In this document: positions 47,245-59,700 of the stretch, piece after piece | How the letters are laid out: each line of letters opens with the position of its first letter | How positions within the stretch are numbered: position 1 is the first letter of the stretch | Source: Daphnia carinata | Lineage: Eukaryota | Assembly (NCBI RefSeq): GCF_022539665.2 | Contig: NC_081331.1 | Location: 13,640,001-13,704,000 of the forward strand | Reading direction: 5' to 3' | DNA length: 64,000 bases | Made by a program: the position numbers and the translations under genes | Notes under the pieces: generated by a model | Database searches by the model: none | Seen by the model: only the letters and a program-made list of their open reading frames with translations | Told to the model about the DNA's origin: nothing

Positions 47245-50200
47245 CTAGACGGCCATGTTTTTAGCGGGGTCGACGCGGACTTTGAGAAAGAGGACGTCGT
47301 CCTTGACAAAGTGACGTTTCTTGAGCATGTCGTGCGAGACGAAGCGCGGGAATCCGAAACCGAGAGCGTCGGGCTCGCGCGACGGCCGTTGAAAGTTCTC
47401 CCACGTCGGATCCGGAATGAAACTCTCGACGATGTTACAGGCCTATAACATGCAATAAATACGGATGAGTTAAAGCAATCTTTTTTTTTTTCATCACGAA
47501 AAAAAAAGGAATGAACTGGTGGACGGAAGTGAAAGGGATCACGCACCTTGTCGGGATTGGCAGCCTGGTCGTAGAGCGTGAAGGAAACGGTGTGAGAGAA
47601 AGGCCACTTGAGGAGAGCGTCGTATTCGCCGGGCAAGATTTTGATGTAAATGGAGACGTAAGCACCTTCGCCGGATCCGTTCCCGTTTAAAAACAGCGAT
47701 GCCTATTGTGAATAATACATTGCGATTATTCAAACATTTCTTTAATTGAAATTTCATCGATGCATACCTGCAACTTGTATCCGTACTGGCTGGTGTAGAA
47801 CGGGGCCGAGATGAGCTCGAAACCTTCTTTGATGCGCGCTTCGGCGATTTTCGTGGCCACGTCGTTGATGCGCCAGAGAAAAGTGCCCGAATAGTTGAGG
47901 GAAACGCGCGAGACGGTGGAGCGAAGAGCCGAGAGCTGCTGTTGCTGCCGGCTGGCCAGTCCGCACATGAGCAGCAAATGCTGTTTCATGCCCTCCTCCT
48001 GGTGTTTGTCCAGCGAAAATCGCGGACCCTGAAGGATATACCATTATCAAATAAATCATTCAATTAGACACACTCTCTCTCTCTCTTTGTTTAGTCTTTT
48101 CTCGGTCAGCGCCTATAATAGTTTCCCTTTATTTATTTGTTTTTTATTACTACACACAGAAGTTCAGTGACACGGCTTTCACCGGGATCCACGTAACGTC
48201 CGACTAACTCGAAACAATTTTTGTTTTCCATCGACCTTTTTTTTTGAAATGATCGCATTCTCGAAATAGTTTGTGCTTTCCAATTCTACTACATCATTTT
48301 TCTTTTTGTAGGTTAATAATCTAACGGTATTAAAGAGGAAAAAGAAAACATTAAATTTTTTTTTACCTTGAATCGACATCCGGCCTCTTTGAAGGGACAA
48401 GAGACCATGAGAGCCGGGCAGTTGTCTTTCAAATGCGATTCCAGCTCTTCGCGGACGACTTTGGGCGAGTCGCACTGGTTGGGGCAGGCGATCGGGTAGC
48501 GGCCGCATTTGGCGTGATGCGCTGCCAGCGTCTCGAAACTGAAATCCTTGGCGCAGTAGCGACAGGCCATCAGCCGCTTCCCGCACTCGATCGCCTTGTG
48601 TTGCATCAGCTGTTTGCGGCTCACCTTTTGCCCGCACTTGTTGTCGCAGTACACCGGCTCCAGCGTGCAAGTCCCGACGTGGCTCTGATTACGATCAAAA
48701 GGAAAAGCAAAAAAAAAAAAAAAATGAATAAATAATTAAGAGATAAGGAAATGAATAATTGAATGTTTTTCTTTGTTGTTTGAAGGGGGAAAGAGAAGAA
48801 ACAATAGTTTTTTGTCATCTCTATATTATACTATAGTACGGTATAATAACGCACAGGTTGACATTTCCGGCCGGATCCGCACGATAAAATCTTCTCTCCC
48901 CCCCCCCCACCTTTTTTTCAGTGTAGTTTTCCTTCTTCTTCTATTTTTTTTTTGGGGGGGGAGAGTCCTTCAAACTTTTTATTTTTACTCCGCTTTCCCA
49001 TCCGGCAGAAATATTACAATAGCCCTAGCCATCTAACTCGTATATGCTACAGGTACACAAGCCCCACCCGGCCTCACATCCGCTTTTGTTAATAAGGCTC
49101 ACTTTTTTTTCCCCTTTTGTTTCTACACACACTGTCGGTAATTTCCATAAAAAACGCATAAATATTAAAACAGGGATCTGAATATTTTTCGTTTGTTGTG
49201 GCCGCTTCGTGAATACAAAATGAAAAACCCAAACTTCACTTGAATGTCTTGACACAATTTGAAAAACGTTTACCAGATCCGAGTGCGACTTGCTACGATT
49301 GGTGACTATTTGACCCTGAGGATGACGCAGATGATGGAAGTTTGAGTGGTCGTGACCGCCAATTGAGAGCGGAGGCGGATGGTGTCGATTACCGGTGCCA
49401 CGACCCGGAGACGGATGTAAAGCTCTCGGTGGTTTCGTCGGTCCCGGGTTGGCACCGCCAACGTTCGTCAAAAGACTGGCGAACGGATCGGACGATTCGA
49501 ACGAGCTGACACTACCGTAACTTTTCAAACTGCTGTTCATCGATGGCGGAGTGACACTGACGCTGTTCTGACGCAAACGGAACGGCTGATAGACGGACAG
49601 CGAAGACTGTTGCTGTTTCATCTTGTTCGTCCTCTGTTGTTGGCCGTTTTCGTAATCCAAAGACGACCACGACGTCACAATCGGGGCCATTTTTTCTTTC
49701 TTTGTATTTGAAAATTCAAAGAAGATTTTGTTTTTCTAATGGGTTTGTAACACGATCTTATCGAAGGGGTCCGCGCTTCTATTGGTTTTATAAACAAGGA
49801 ATATAACAACACAACCGCTCGGCTGAGCGGTCCGCTACAGACTAAAGGGGCTTAGTCACTTTCCGCTTGGTCTAGCAACCAACTCTCTCACGCACTTGTG
49901 CCACAGCGGTGGATATTTCTACTGGAGAAGAGGAGGAAAAAAAAAATACTGTTTTCTCTTATTGGTTTTTTTTTTGTGTGTGTGTTGTATTCACTGGGGT
50001 TGATGCTCATCCGGCCCGTCTGTTGTTGAGACTCGGTAACCACTCCCTCGGTGGAAGGGAAAAAAAACCTTTTGACCCCTGTCTTTTTCGAATGTGTGTG
50101 AACGCGTGACTTTTTTTCTTAGGAGGGATCTACATAAGGGCCATAGTATCATCATCATCAACACTTTTCTTCTTGTTTTTCTTGTACAAAAGAAGAAGAA

Positions 50201-53200
50201 GAAAAAAAAAAGAGTCTCACGCTCTTGAACGACGTCAAAGACACTGCGGCGATAATCCACAAGTGTTTCCCCTTTCCAACGAAAGGTCAACTCGGTTCAA
50301 CTTCTACGTATATTTCTTTTTTTTTTTTTTAAGACTTGGCTGCAAGAGAGAATCGAAATTTTTTGGCTCATGGATTCAGAGCACGCGATTAAAAATCACG
50401 TAGAGCGGCTATGAATATTTGGAAGAAAAAAATGGCGTCCAATATGTTGAGCAATATAGCGTCGGTTGGTGGCATCTCACCTCAATCATCCACTCCCTTT
50501 CTTCCCCCCACACGTGAGATAGTCCTTGACTCTCCCGACCAAAATGAGTTAAAATAAAAGTGAACGCGCGTCCAGTTCCCACGACTTTTCCAACCGACGC
50601 GCACCTAACCAACAAATTCATATTTTTTTTTTTCCTTCTAGAAATATATTTACCTTATCTCACCCTGTGCATTTTTTTTTACTTTCGGGCCTTAACGTAT
50701 AAAAAAAAAAAATAGATGTATGTACTAGAAGGACTTTCAGTTCTTCCGGTGATTAAGCTCTATATACTCAGGGCCCCTATAGCGAGGACCCCAGTCGGTA
50801 CCGGGGACAAGTTACAACGTAGATGTTGTACCTTAATTACATAGTAATGCCCTTCGGATATGGCCGTTACGACCCTGTGTCGCTCAAAAGTCCTCTCTCT
50901 TTTTTAATCAACCACGCGCTCCATTTTCTCTGATATGTCCCCCCCCCCTCCATTTTTTTTTGAACGCAATGATTCCGCCTGTCAGTGTCACCGATGTCCT
51001 TGATCGTATAGCCATTAGCCAATCGTTCCCAATAGATATTCACGCACACGCTTGGATAAAAGCTTTGGGTTATGTGACGCAAAATGAAACGTAAACTGAA
51101 AAAGGAATGTTCCAATAGAAAGAAATTCAAACGATTCTCTTTGTTCTTTTGTTTTTACGTTGCAAGTATGGTCGCTTGATTTTGATCTATTCGATACGGT
51201 AATAACGATATGTTTGGCGGTAGAAAAAGAAAAGGCCTAGAGGCGATGACAATTGGATGAAGAAAAACTTACGTCGTACTGGAGACCGGTAAATTCCACC
51301 TGGCAGTAATCGCAAGTCTGGCGCCGGTTGGGGCAGAAATTGCGGCCGTGGTCGTCGTGGGCCAATCGCGAGACTTGTTGGCCGCACTGCATTCGGCACG
51401 GGATCGCGTCCAGCGAGCATGACAGCAAATGAGCCTAAAATGGATATGTGCATCGTTAAAACAAACGGCAATAGTTTTTGTTTTTTTTTCAGTTTGAAAT
51501 ATGTTTCAAAGAAAATATCATCGACTTTCCCAACCGCTGGACAACTGCAAAACTTTCCTAACGTGATATCCCATCGTTTGTTCCGCGTTTTCGAACGGTA
51601 ATGAACCGCGGAAAAGTGATAGGGGGGAGGGGACGTAGTAATCGATTGTCTAAACTATCGATATTTTGCGGTTCAAAAAAAAAAATGTGAACGAATGTTT
51701 AACGAGTGACAGTTAAAGTTGCGAGAGTCAAACGTTAAGAAAAACCAAGTGGGGTCTCTTTTTTGAAACAAATTTAACCGACAACCGGGGCCCCATCCAT
51801 CATCCGCAAGTCAATTCCGGTAGGGATGTTAATTCCGTCCCACACACACGTATCAACTACGAAACAAAATATGTCGTTCTTTTTCGAAAACCAATTCCAA
51901 CGACTCAAAAGCTTACGACCATTAAGCGAAATGTAAATTTTGAAAATTCCGCGATGATTCTAATCAGCCGGAGAACGCACGTTCGTATCGTTTTTAAAGG
52001 ACCCGCATCATTCGTTCATAGGGGTTCCGTTTAGTTGTTTTATTTCATTCGAAAATTGAAGATTATGTTTTCTGTATGTATCCCTCCCCTATATATATAT
52101 GGCCGATTATCTGATAACATTTCACGGTGTCTGCAGCCAGTCGTGCCCCTCCAGCGATTCCGACCGAAAATTCCGATACATCATCACAGCACGGGAGAGA
52201 CGTCGAGTATTTTTTTTTTTTTTTTTTTTTTTAGAAAGGAAATACGTGACGTATTACATTACTTAAAAAAAAAAAACTGGTAAACAAGCCAAGCCCCTTG
52301 GCTGCGGATTGTATGTCATCATAGCGGATGGCCATATCTTTCGATTTCTTTCTTTTGTTGTACAACTTACTTGTTTGTCCGGAATTGTTAGGGGCTGGCC
52401 AGCCGAAAAGTATCAGATGTTTTTACATCAACACACAAAAACATTTACGGCAAATGTTAGCGAAGACGGTAGGGTGTTAAAAAAAAACAATTGGTAATGG
52501 AATTTTTTTGTTTACCTTCAGCTTGCGCAATTCACCGTTCCATTCGCATCCTTCTTTGCGGTGGATACAATAGACGACGGAGCTAAAGATGGTCTTTTGC
52601 GACGACGATTCCGGATACACCTAAGATGAGTCACACGAAAGAAAAAAAAAATGTAAATTTTTAGTTTTTTAAGATGAAGGAAATGACGTCAATTTTCTTT
52701 TGAAAGTGACACGGCAAGATGAACGACCTCAAGGTGAAACGTTTGTATGGAAGAACTACAATCGCAAAGGAAGTTACGGTAGATGTAATTAAAGAGGAAA
52801 ACATTTGTTACGCAATAGTGATCTAAATAGTATAGGTAATGTTTTTTAAAAAAAAGCGAGGGAATTAGAAAAGAATTGTATGTACAGAAGTGAGTTGGGT
52901 GGCGTCGTAGAAGGTCCATCGGGAGGATTTCCGTTGATAGGAGGATGACGAAGAAGAAGTCGAGTGTCGAGCTGGTGGAGTGGGCGGAAGAACCGAAGGC
53001 GGCGGTGAAGACAATTCCGACCGCCAACCGCACTTTCTCACCATTTCTTTTTATTCTCTTTCTTGTTTTTCGTTAATTTCACGTTTAACAAAAAGATGAC
53101 GACAAGCTTGATTCTTCTCCGTTCCCACTGAATTCACCGCAATCACGACTCAAATCCTTTCTCTACTACAAGAACAACATCAAAATTTCGAAAAGTCCAA

Positions 53201-56200
53201 TAGGAAAAACAACGAACTCGGACGAGATTCTCCCAACGACTGGATGCTGTTCAACTCACTGGGGTTGTGTGATCTTGTTTGCCCTTTTCAAAACTTCAGT
53301 CTATTTCCATCATCTGCTGGCCTGATGATGGGCACACCCCTCTTTTTTGCGCCCTCTTCACATGTGTGCAACTGGTCGCTCAACCCCCCGCACAGTTCCT
53401 CTCTTCGGAAAAGAAAAAAGTTATAGGAACATGTACGTGTATCACGTAGACACACCTCCCCTAATGCAGAAGAGGGGGGATGATGTTTTGATGTGCTGCG
53501 CGGCTGTTGCTATAGCGCTCCTGCAGATGTTGAGCGCCTCAACAGAAAAAAAAATAGGATATATGAGGATTGTTAAGAGACTACCAGCATATGTACACAT
53601 GGTTCCCTGCTGCAATGAACTCCGCCGTATAGCGTGTCTTTTATTTACATCCCTCTCTCTTTTATATTCTCTAACCATTGGGGAACACACGCACAAAAAG
53701 GAGAGCGACTTCCTTCATGGAATACAGGGCTATTGTTCGACCCTAAAAGAGAGGGGGGGGGACGCATAGTGTCTCAATATCGGAAATAGGAAAATTGTGA
53801 TAAGGACATGTGAAAATAGCCGGAGTAGAACTTTTTATTTCAAATATAAAGAGATAAAAGAAAAAAAAAAGGGTTGGGACTTGTCTTGTTAGTTTCGTTG
53901 TCGCAGAGATAAGAGAAAAAAAGATAGAATTTCAGTTCCATAATCTAATCAAAAAATACGCTGCTGCTTTTTTTCGAGTCTATTGAACTGTTCCAGATGA
54001 AAAGGTGCTAGGGGGTAGGAGGGCAAGTGGTTTCTTTAAAGGTCTTTTGTTTTCTTCGATAGGGTGAAGGTGAGTTTAAAAAACTGCTGGTTTAAATAAC
54101 GCTGACCATATGCTTATTTTGGAAAATAAGAAAATCCTGGACAAGAAAAGTGTGCGGTGTTAAAAGAAAAAGAAAAGAAAAATATGAACTTTTATTTTTT
54201 CAGAGGGTCACGCGAGGCTGCACCCTCTCCCTGCTGCTAATAGTTCTACCACATGTGTTACACAGAGAAAGCCCGTGATGGGCCGGAAACAGTTTCCATC
54301 ACATAGAAAAAAGGAAAGAGAGGGGGGAAACAGCTGTCTCTTCACCATTTCTTTCTTTCAACTTTCGATTATTGAAGGCTAGAACAAACTTGGCTATTTA
54401 ACCAACGCATGTGGTTAAAAGTTTTGAGTCGTTCAAGTCTAATTAAAACAGACATCACAACACGGTGCTTACCTTGCTAAACTCCATCGAATTGCTGGTC
54501 TCGTCGTCATCCGAACACGTCAAGATACTGTCACTGCAAATTTCGAAGAAAAAAAAAAATACAATTTTTAAAAGAAATTCACCGTTTCCATTTGTTTCAC
54601 AAGTGATTTCGAAACTCTGCGACGCTTATCTGACTTTAATTGCACGTTATCACAGACCTGGAGAGATTGTAAACTAAAGCGGTGGGCGTTAGCGAATCGA
54701 CGGATTTCCACCGAGCCAAACAAAATTGCGACAAGACACTCATCGTCGAAGAATGTTCCTTTAAACTGTTGCCACTTTTTTTCTTGCGAGATTTTTCAAT
54801 GAAACAAACAAGGACGACAAGCGAAAAGAAAAAGACGTCAGCCTTCCGCCACGGGTCGGAGAGGAATACAAATGTGGTGCGCGTTCTGCTCAGCACTTTT
54901 TTCGGGAAATAAAAAAAAAAAAAAAAGAAGAGGAACTTTTTTGGGGGGGGGGGGGGGGGGGGGGGGAACGAGGGGTTGGAGCAGAACAACAAAAAGGAAA
55001 CTAAATACTAAACTAATAGAGGTACAACCAGTAGTCGTGGGTATGGCCGTTCGTTGTTTCTCGCCATAGACGATAGGAAGCGACGACTATTACAATACAC
55101 ACGCGACCACCCGTAGCTCACGCCCATTGGCCGCAGCCACAAAAAAACAAAAATCCCCCTGCGGAGGGAACGGATGGATTTTTTTTTTTTTTTAAGTACC
55201 GCGTTCGGGAAAAAAAAACACAACAAAACTGAAGAAAGGTAGAATGAAAAAAAAAAATCCATGTGAGGCCGAGCCCTTTATTGAAAGACATTCAAAGGCT
55301 ATAAAAAAAAGAAGAAGCTGCTACCATAGGAGAGTGGACTATAAATAGTTGAATATTCATACATCTTCTACCACCTCTTTTTTTATAATTCGGGGTGTAT
55401 GGTCTTCTCTAGTTTATATAGCCTTGTATAATTTCTCGTTGGGCTTTTTCAGTCTTAAGGAGCTGGGAATAGTTTCTTCACGTATATGTAGGTCATTTCT
55501 GTCGAAAAAGGGCCGGACAGCAGCTCGTTTGCATATTATATTTATGGTCAGTTGTAATTTATGTGGTGTATATGTGTGGATACACTAAATGGCCGGCCCT
55601 AATTGGGTTGTCTTATCACGGTGAGAAAAACGAAAAGAAAGTTATGAAAAATTTTCAAACAAGATGACGCGAAACAAACTGAGCTGAACGCACGTCCTTG
55701 TCCCGGAAAAAAACTATCCGCTTCTTTTTTTTTTTTATCGTTGTCATCATTTTTTTTTACAAATATTTTTTAGCAAACATGGCTAATCTTTAAACGTGCC
55801 CTTTTCTAACTCCACCCTGAAAAATTTACATATTGCACCAGTCACATGGCATATTAGCACCCTCTTCGTGAGTTGCCCCTTTTTGTCTGTGTATGACACA
55901 ATAGAGGGAGGAGTGGCGGATGCACTCCTCTCCACTTCCGTTGTTTGGAAACAAAAACTTCAGCAAAAAAAATAAGAAAAAAAACCCAAGAAAATTCAGA
56001 GTGAAGACGAGGCCAAGGCGATCGTTTTCTTCGAGGAGAACAACTCGATGCGGTGTTACAAGGAAAGGCTGTACACACTCGAACAGTTTCAAGGTTTCAC
56101 TGGGTTTTGACTTTTTTTTTTTTTTCTAGTGTATCTCCGTCTATAAAGCAGTTTAAGAACAGTAGCTAAATAGATGACTGCATAATAAAGAGACCTCGAA

Positions 56201-56792
56201 AGCGGATATCACGCCCACTCGTTCAGCTTGTGAAAATCTATGGCTTTTTCTTTACAATTTCAATCAGTAAATAGAAAAAAGAAAATAACAAATGACTGTT
56301 ACCCCAAAAATTAATTTGAAAAAAAAGTGACAGTGGTTCCTTGTTTTTTTTCACTAACAAAAGGAAGCCGACTTTGGATTAATGCATATGTAATGCGACA
56401 CTCGAACAACAACAAGAAAAACACCTACAATATCTCTTGTTTTAAAAGTATTAAATAATCACGAATGCATGTAACAATTCAGAGTGAAATGACGAATGCA
56501 AAATAAAAAAAAAAAAGAACGAAGCCATCTCTTGTTTCTTTGAACTAGAAATGCCACCCCAAACGAGGGTGACAGCCTTCTTCTCTTATTACCGCATCCA
56601 TGACGCTCGGGTTTTGTTTTTTTTTCGGCTACAACCCGTCACAAACATAACGAGTCACGACGTGCCACGACAAAACGAATGAGCGCAACCGTTGAGCGAA
56701 ATGTTGTAACAAAGAATTTGGACTTACTCTTTGACATTGGCATACAGAGGAATGGAACAATCGTGATGATGAAGATCCCGGAGCAACGACAT
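47245..56792 (-). CDS. Traf4: TNF receptor-associated factor 4-like (TRAF zinc fingers plus MATH domain, no RING seen)
   Basis: Exons: 52516-52620 (VYPE..VYCIHRKEGCEWNGELRKL), ~51273-51434 and 48368-48683 (TRAF Zn fingers), and ~47768-48029, ~47547-47702 and ~47245-47441 (MATH: SAPFYTSQYGYKLQ, FLNGNGSGEG, PGEYDALLKWPF, GFGFPRFVSH, DPAKNMAV*). The most upstream candidate ATG exon is 56728-56792, and the 5' end is uncertain. Confidence 0.92.
54943..54966 (+). repeat. Poly-G tract (G24)
   Basis: 24 consecutive G residues in the TRAF4 5' intronic region. Confidence 0.9.
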
Positions 56793-59700
56793 GATTTCTC
56801 GTTTTGTTGTTGTTGTTGTTGTTGTTTCCTTCTGGTTGCGGTCGGGTTAGTTTTTTTTTTCTTCTCGAGAATTGAAATGCACCGAAGCGAAACAGTCTAG
56901 ACGACTTGACTGATGTATCAAGACCGGTATATATGTAAAGATATGCACGCGCAAAGAAAAAGAGAGAGAGAGAGAGAGACACCTGAGCAGTGTAACACCA
57001 AGTGAAGAACTGACTGGATCGAAGACCGAACGACCTGACTTTAACGCTTCTCCTCTTTATTGTGTCTCGATGGCCTTTGCCAAACCTCCCTCCTCTTTAA
57101 AGAACCTACCCCCCATCAGTTTTGTCGGCATCCTCTTATTATTATTTAAAGTTGTGTGTGTTGGTTGCTCTTCTACAAGAGGAGGAGGCATACGGCCGTA
57201 CAGTTCGACAACGTTATCCAGCTGCCTCTTCTTGACCGCTTCCTCTATTTTTCTTTCTTCTTGTATTCTGTCTCTATCGTTAAAGGATAAACTGGCTGGA
57301 TGGCGGCTGCTGTTCTTGGCCCGTTTAACCCATGATAACCCCTAAGGCGATGCCACGCGACACACCTGGCGTTCTCTTCAGCTACCAGCAGCACCTTCTT
57401 TTTTTTTTCTCTCTTTGATAATGTGTGGCTTGCCTATACGTCCTGCGTGTTGACCTGCTGTACACACCCACTCGCACAGCAATTCTTCTTTATTTTTTCC
57501 TTATATAGACTACCAGGACTACTAGAAAGTAGTAGAATATGTCCCTATTTTTTTATTATTAGGCTATCCCTGCTGTTTACCACGTGACTTGTAGTAACCC
57601 TCCAATTTTCTTTTTTAAAAGTCTCAAATATTTTGGGAGAAAGAGACACGAGGAAGGCTCACCGCTGGACAGCTGATTCATCCTGTTTTTGCTCCCCCCT
57701 CCACTTCAACCCTCTTCAAGTGTTGCAACATTTAAAAGAAAATATTTTCCCTACTTCTTTTTCATAAAAATAGTAATAAGAAATCATTTGATGTAAAAAA
57801 TAGAGAGGGGCAAGGCGCGATTCAGAAGCACCTGGTTGGCCCTTGAGACGAAGGATTTATATCATCTTGTACGTTGTCTACCTGCGTGTTTATAGTGAAA
57901 CACACTGCGTTATCCATTCATTCACGAGTGTCCATAAGGAGCCTATTCACATCCGATAAAGTCGAGGGTGTTGTCAACGACGCTACTTTTCCCCATTTAT
58001 TATTTTTTTTTCTTTGATTTATTTCCCGATGAAAAAGTCTGGACCGGTTTTCTCCGCGTTGGGCCGTTTTACAGTTTTTATGTGAATTATTCCCCTACGT
58101 GAAGAATGCGGCGCTGTGGCCCCTTTTTTCGACGAGTGTCATAAACAAAAATGTTGATATCTTTTAAAGCATTTTATTTTTTATCGAATAAAAAAAACTA
58201 TTCTTATTTTTTTATTTTATTTTTGGGGTGGACTAGTTGCAAAAAAAAAAATGAGGGGAGATTTCTGTATTTTCCCACGAATATACTCGTACGGGACTAT
58301 AATGCATTTGGATCAAAATGGGAAATAATATCAGGGCGCGGGAATGATCTCTCTGCAGCTGTTACCTATTATGTAACACAGTTATTATATACCACGGTCT
58401 ATATACAGTCATCTGGAAAGAAGAAGAAAAAAGCCTTTTGTGCTTTATTGGAAAACGGCGTCGACGACGTCTCTATATGCGTAGTGTATAACTAATATCC
58501 TTTTTTTTGATGACATTGGAGACGTGTGGAATGCGGCAGTAAACTGCCGACGTCGAATCAAAATGCCACAGCTGACGCGTTCCCTTTTTTATTCTATATA
58601 AGAGGCGGACGTAAATGGATCAATGTTTTTTTTTATTATTATCTAAAAGACATCCCTTTCACCTGGTGCGCAATCTAATCCATCACACATGAGAAAAAAG
58701 GAAAAGATATCGTGCGTGTTGATCACTTTAGATCGCCGTTACGGATTTATTTCGATGAGAAATCGATCAGGATGCTATCACCTTATTGTTGTTTATCGAA
58801 AGAAAAAGATTGGTGTTGGCTGGTTAGAGAAGCGCCTCTATTTTTGTTTGTGCATAGTTAAAGGGCAGGTGTTACGGACACCGTTTCATCCCTCATCATT
58901 TTCTCTCTGTCCTGAAACCGAAAAAAAAATAACGAAAGTGCTGCTGCTGCTACGTTCTCTTCTTTGTATTACCAAAAAAAAGAGAAAACCTTTTTGCTCT
59001 TTAGTCCGTGATGTCTCCCCTCTTACACGGAACAAAAAAACATGGCCATCTGCCACACGCGCGACTATGTCAAAAAAAAAAAAATACCGACGTGTCTCTT
59101 ATTTGGATATACTCGCCGTGCGTATGTTTTTATTTTTGATAGAGGGGTGGCCATCCCCTATACGGAGCCGCACAAATATCGCACCTGCCTTCCATTTTTT
59201 GTTTCTCTCTCTTATAACTTCGTTGTGCTTATCGTTGTGTGATTGAAGAAAGAAAAAACAAAACAAAAGGTATACCTGGTTAACACATCCGCTGTTGTAA
59301 ATTTCCAAGAAAGTATCACGCACACATTTAGGTGTACAAGCTATTACGGTTACGTTTTATTTTTTCATGGAAAAATAAAACAAATGGCGAGGTGGGTTGA
59401 GTGAAATAATGATTAAATGTGGAGGGCTATATGATTCAGAGAGCAACGCTTGCGCTCAGCAAACTGTGAAGTGTGAAGTTACGACGAATTGATTGCAGAT
59501 GCGTGCTGAAGCTTGGTTCCGTTCTCGGCGGTTTTTCGTGATAAATTGCAAAAGAATCGGATGAATATCGCCACATCTGCTGTTTTGGAGAATCGTAATA
59601 AGAAACAGCCAATCTTAATGTGTATCAGTTAAAACCTCTGAAGCTGAAATAACAGCTAATAATTTCATTTGCACAGGATACTCGTTAACTGTTCAACACA

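Noticed and set aside
48894..48965. ctctc(c)n ... (g)ngagag 12-bp inverted repeat in a TRAF4 intron
   Set aside because: It is built from homopolymer runs and is probably coincidental.
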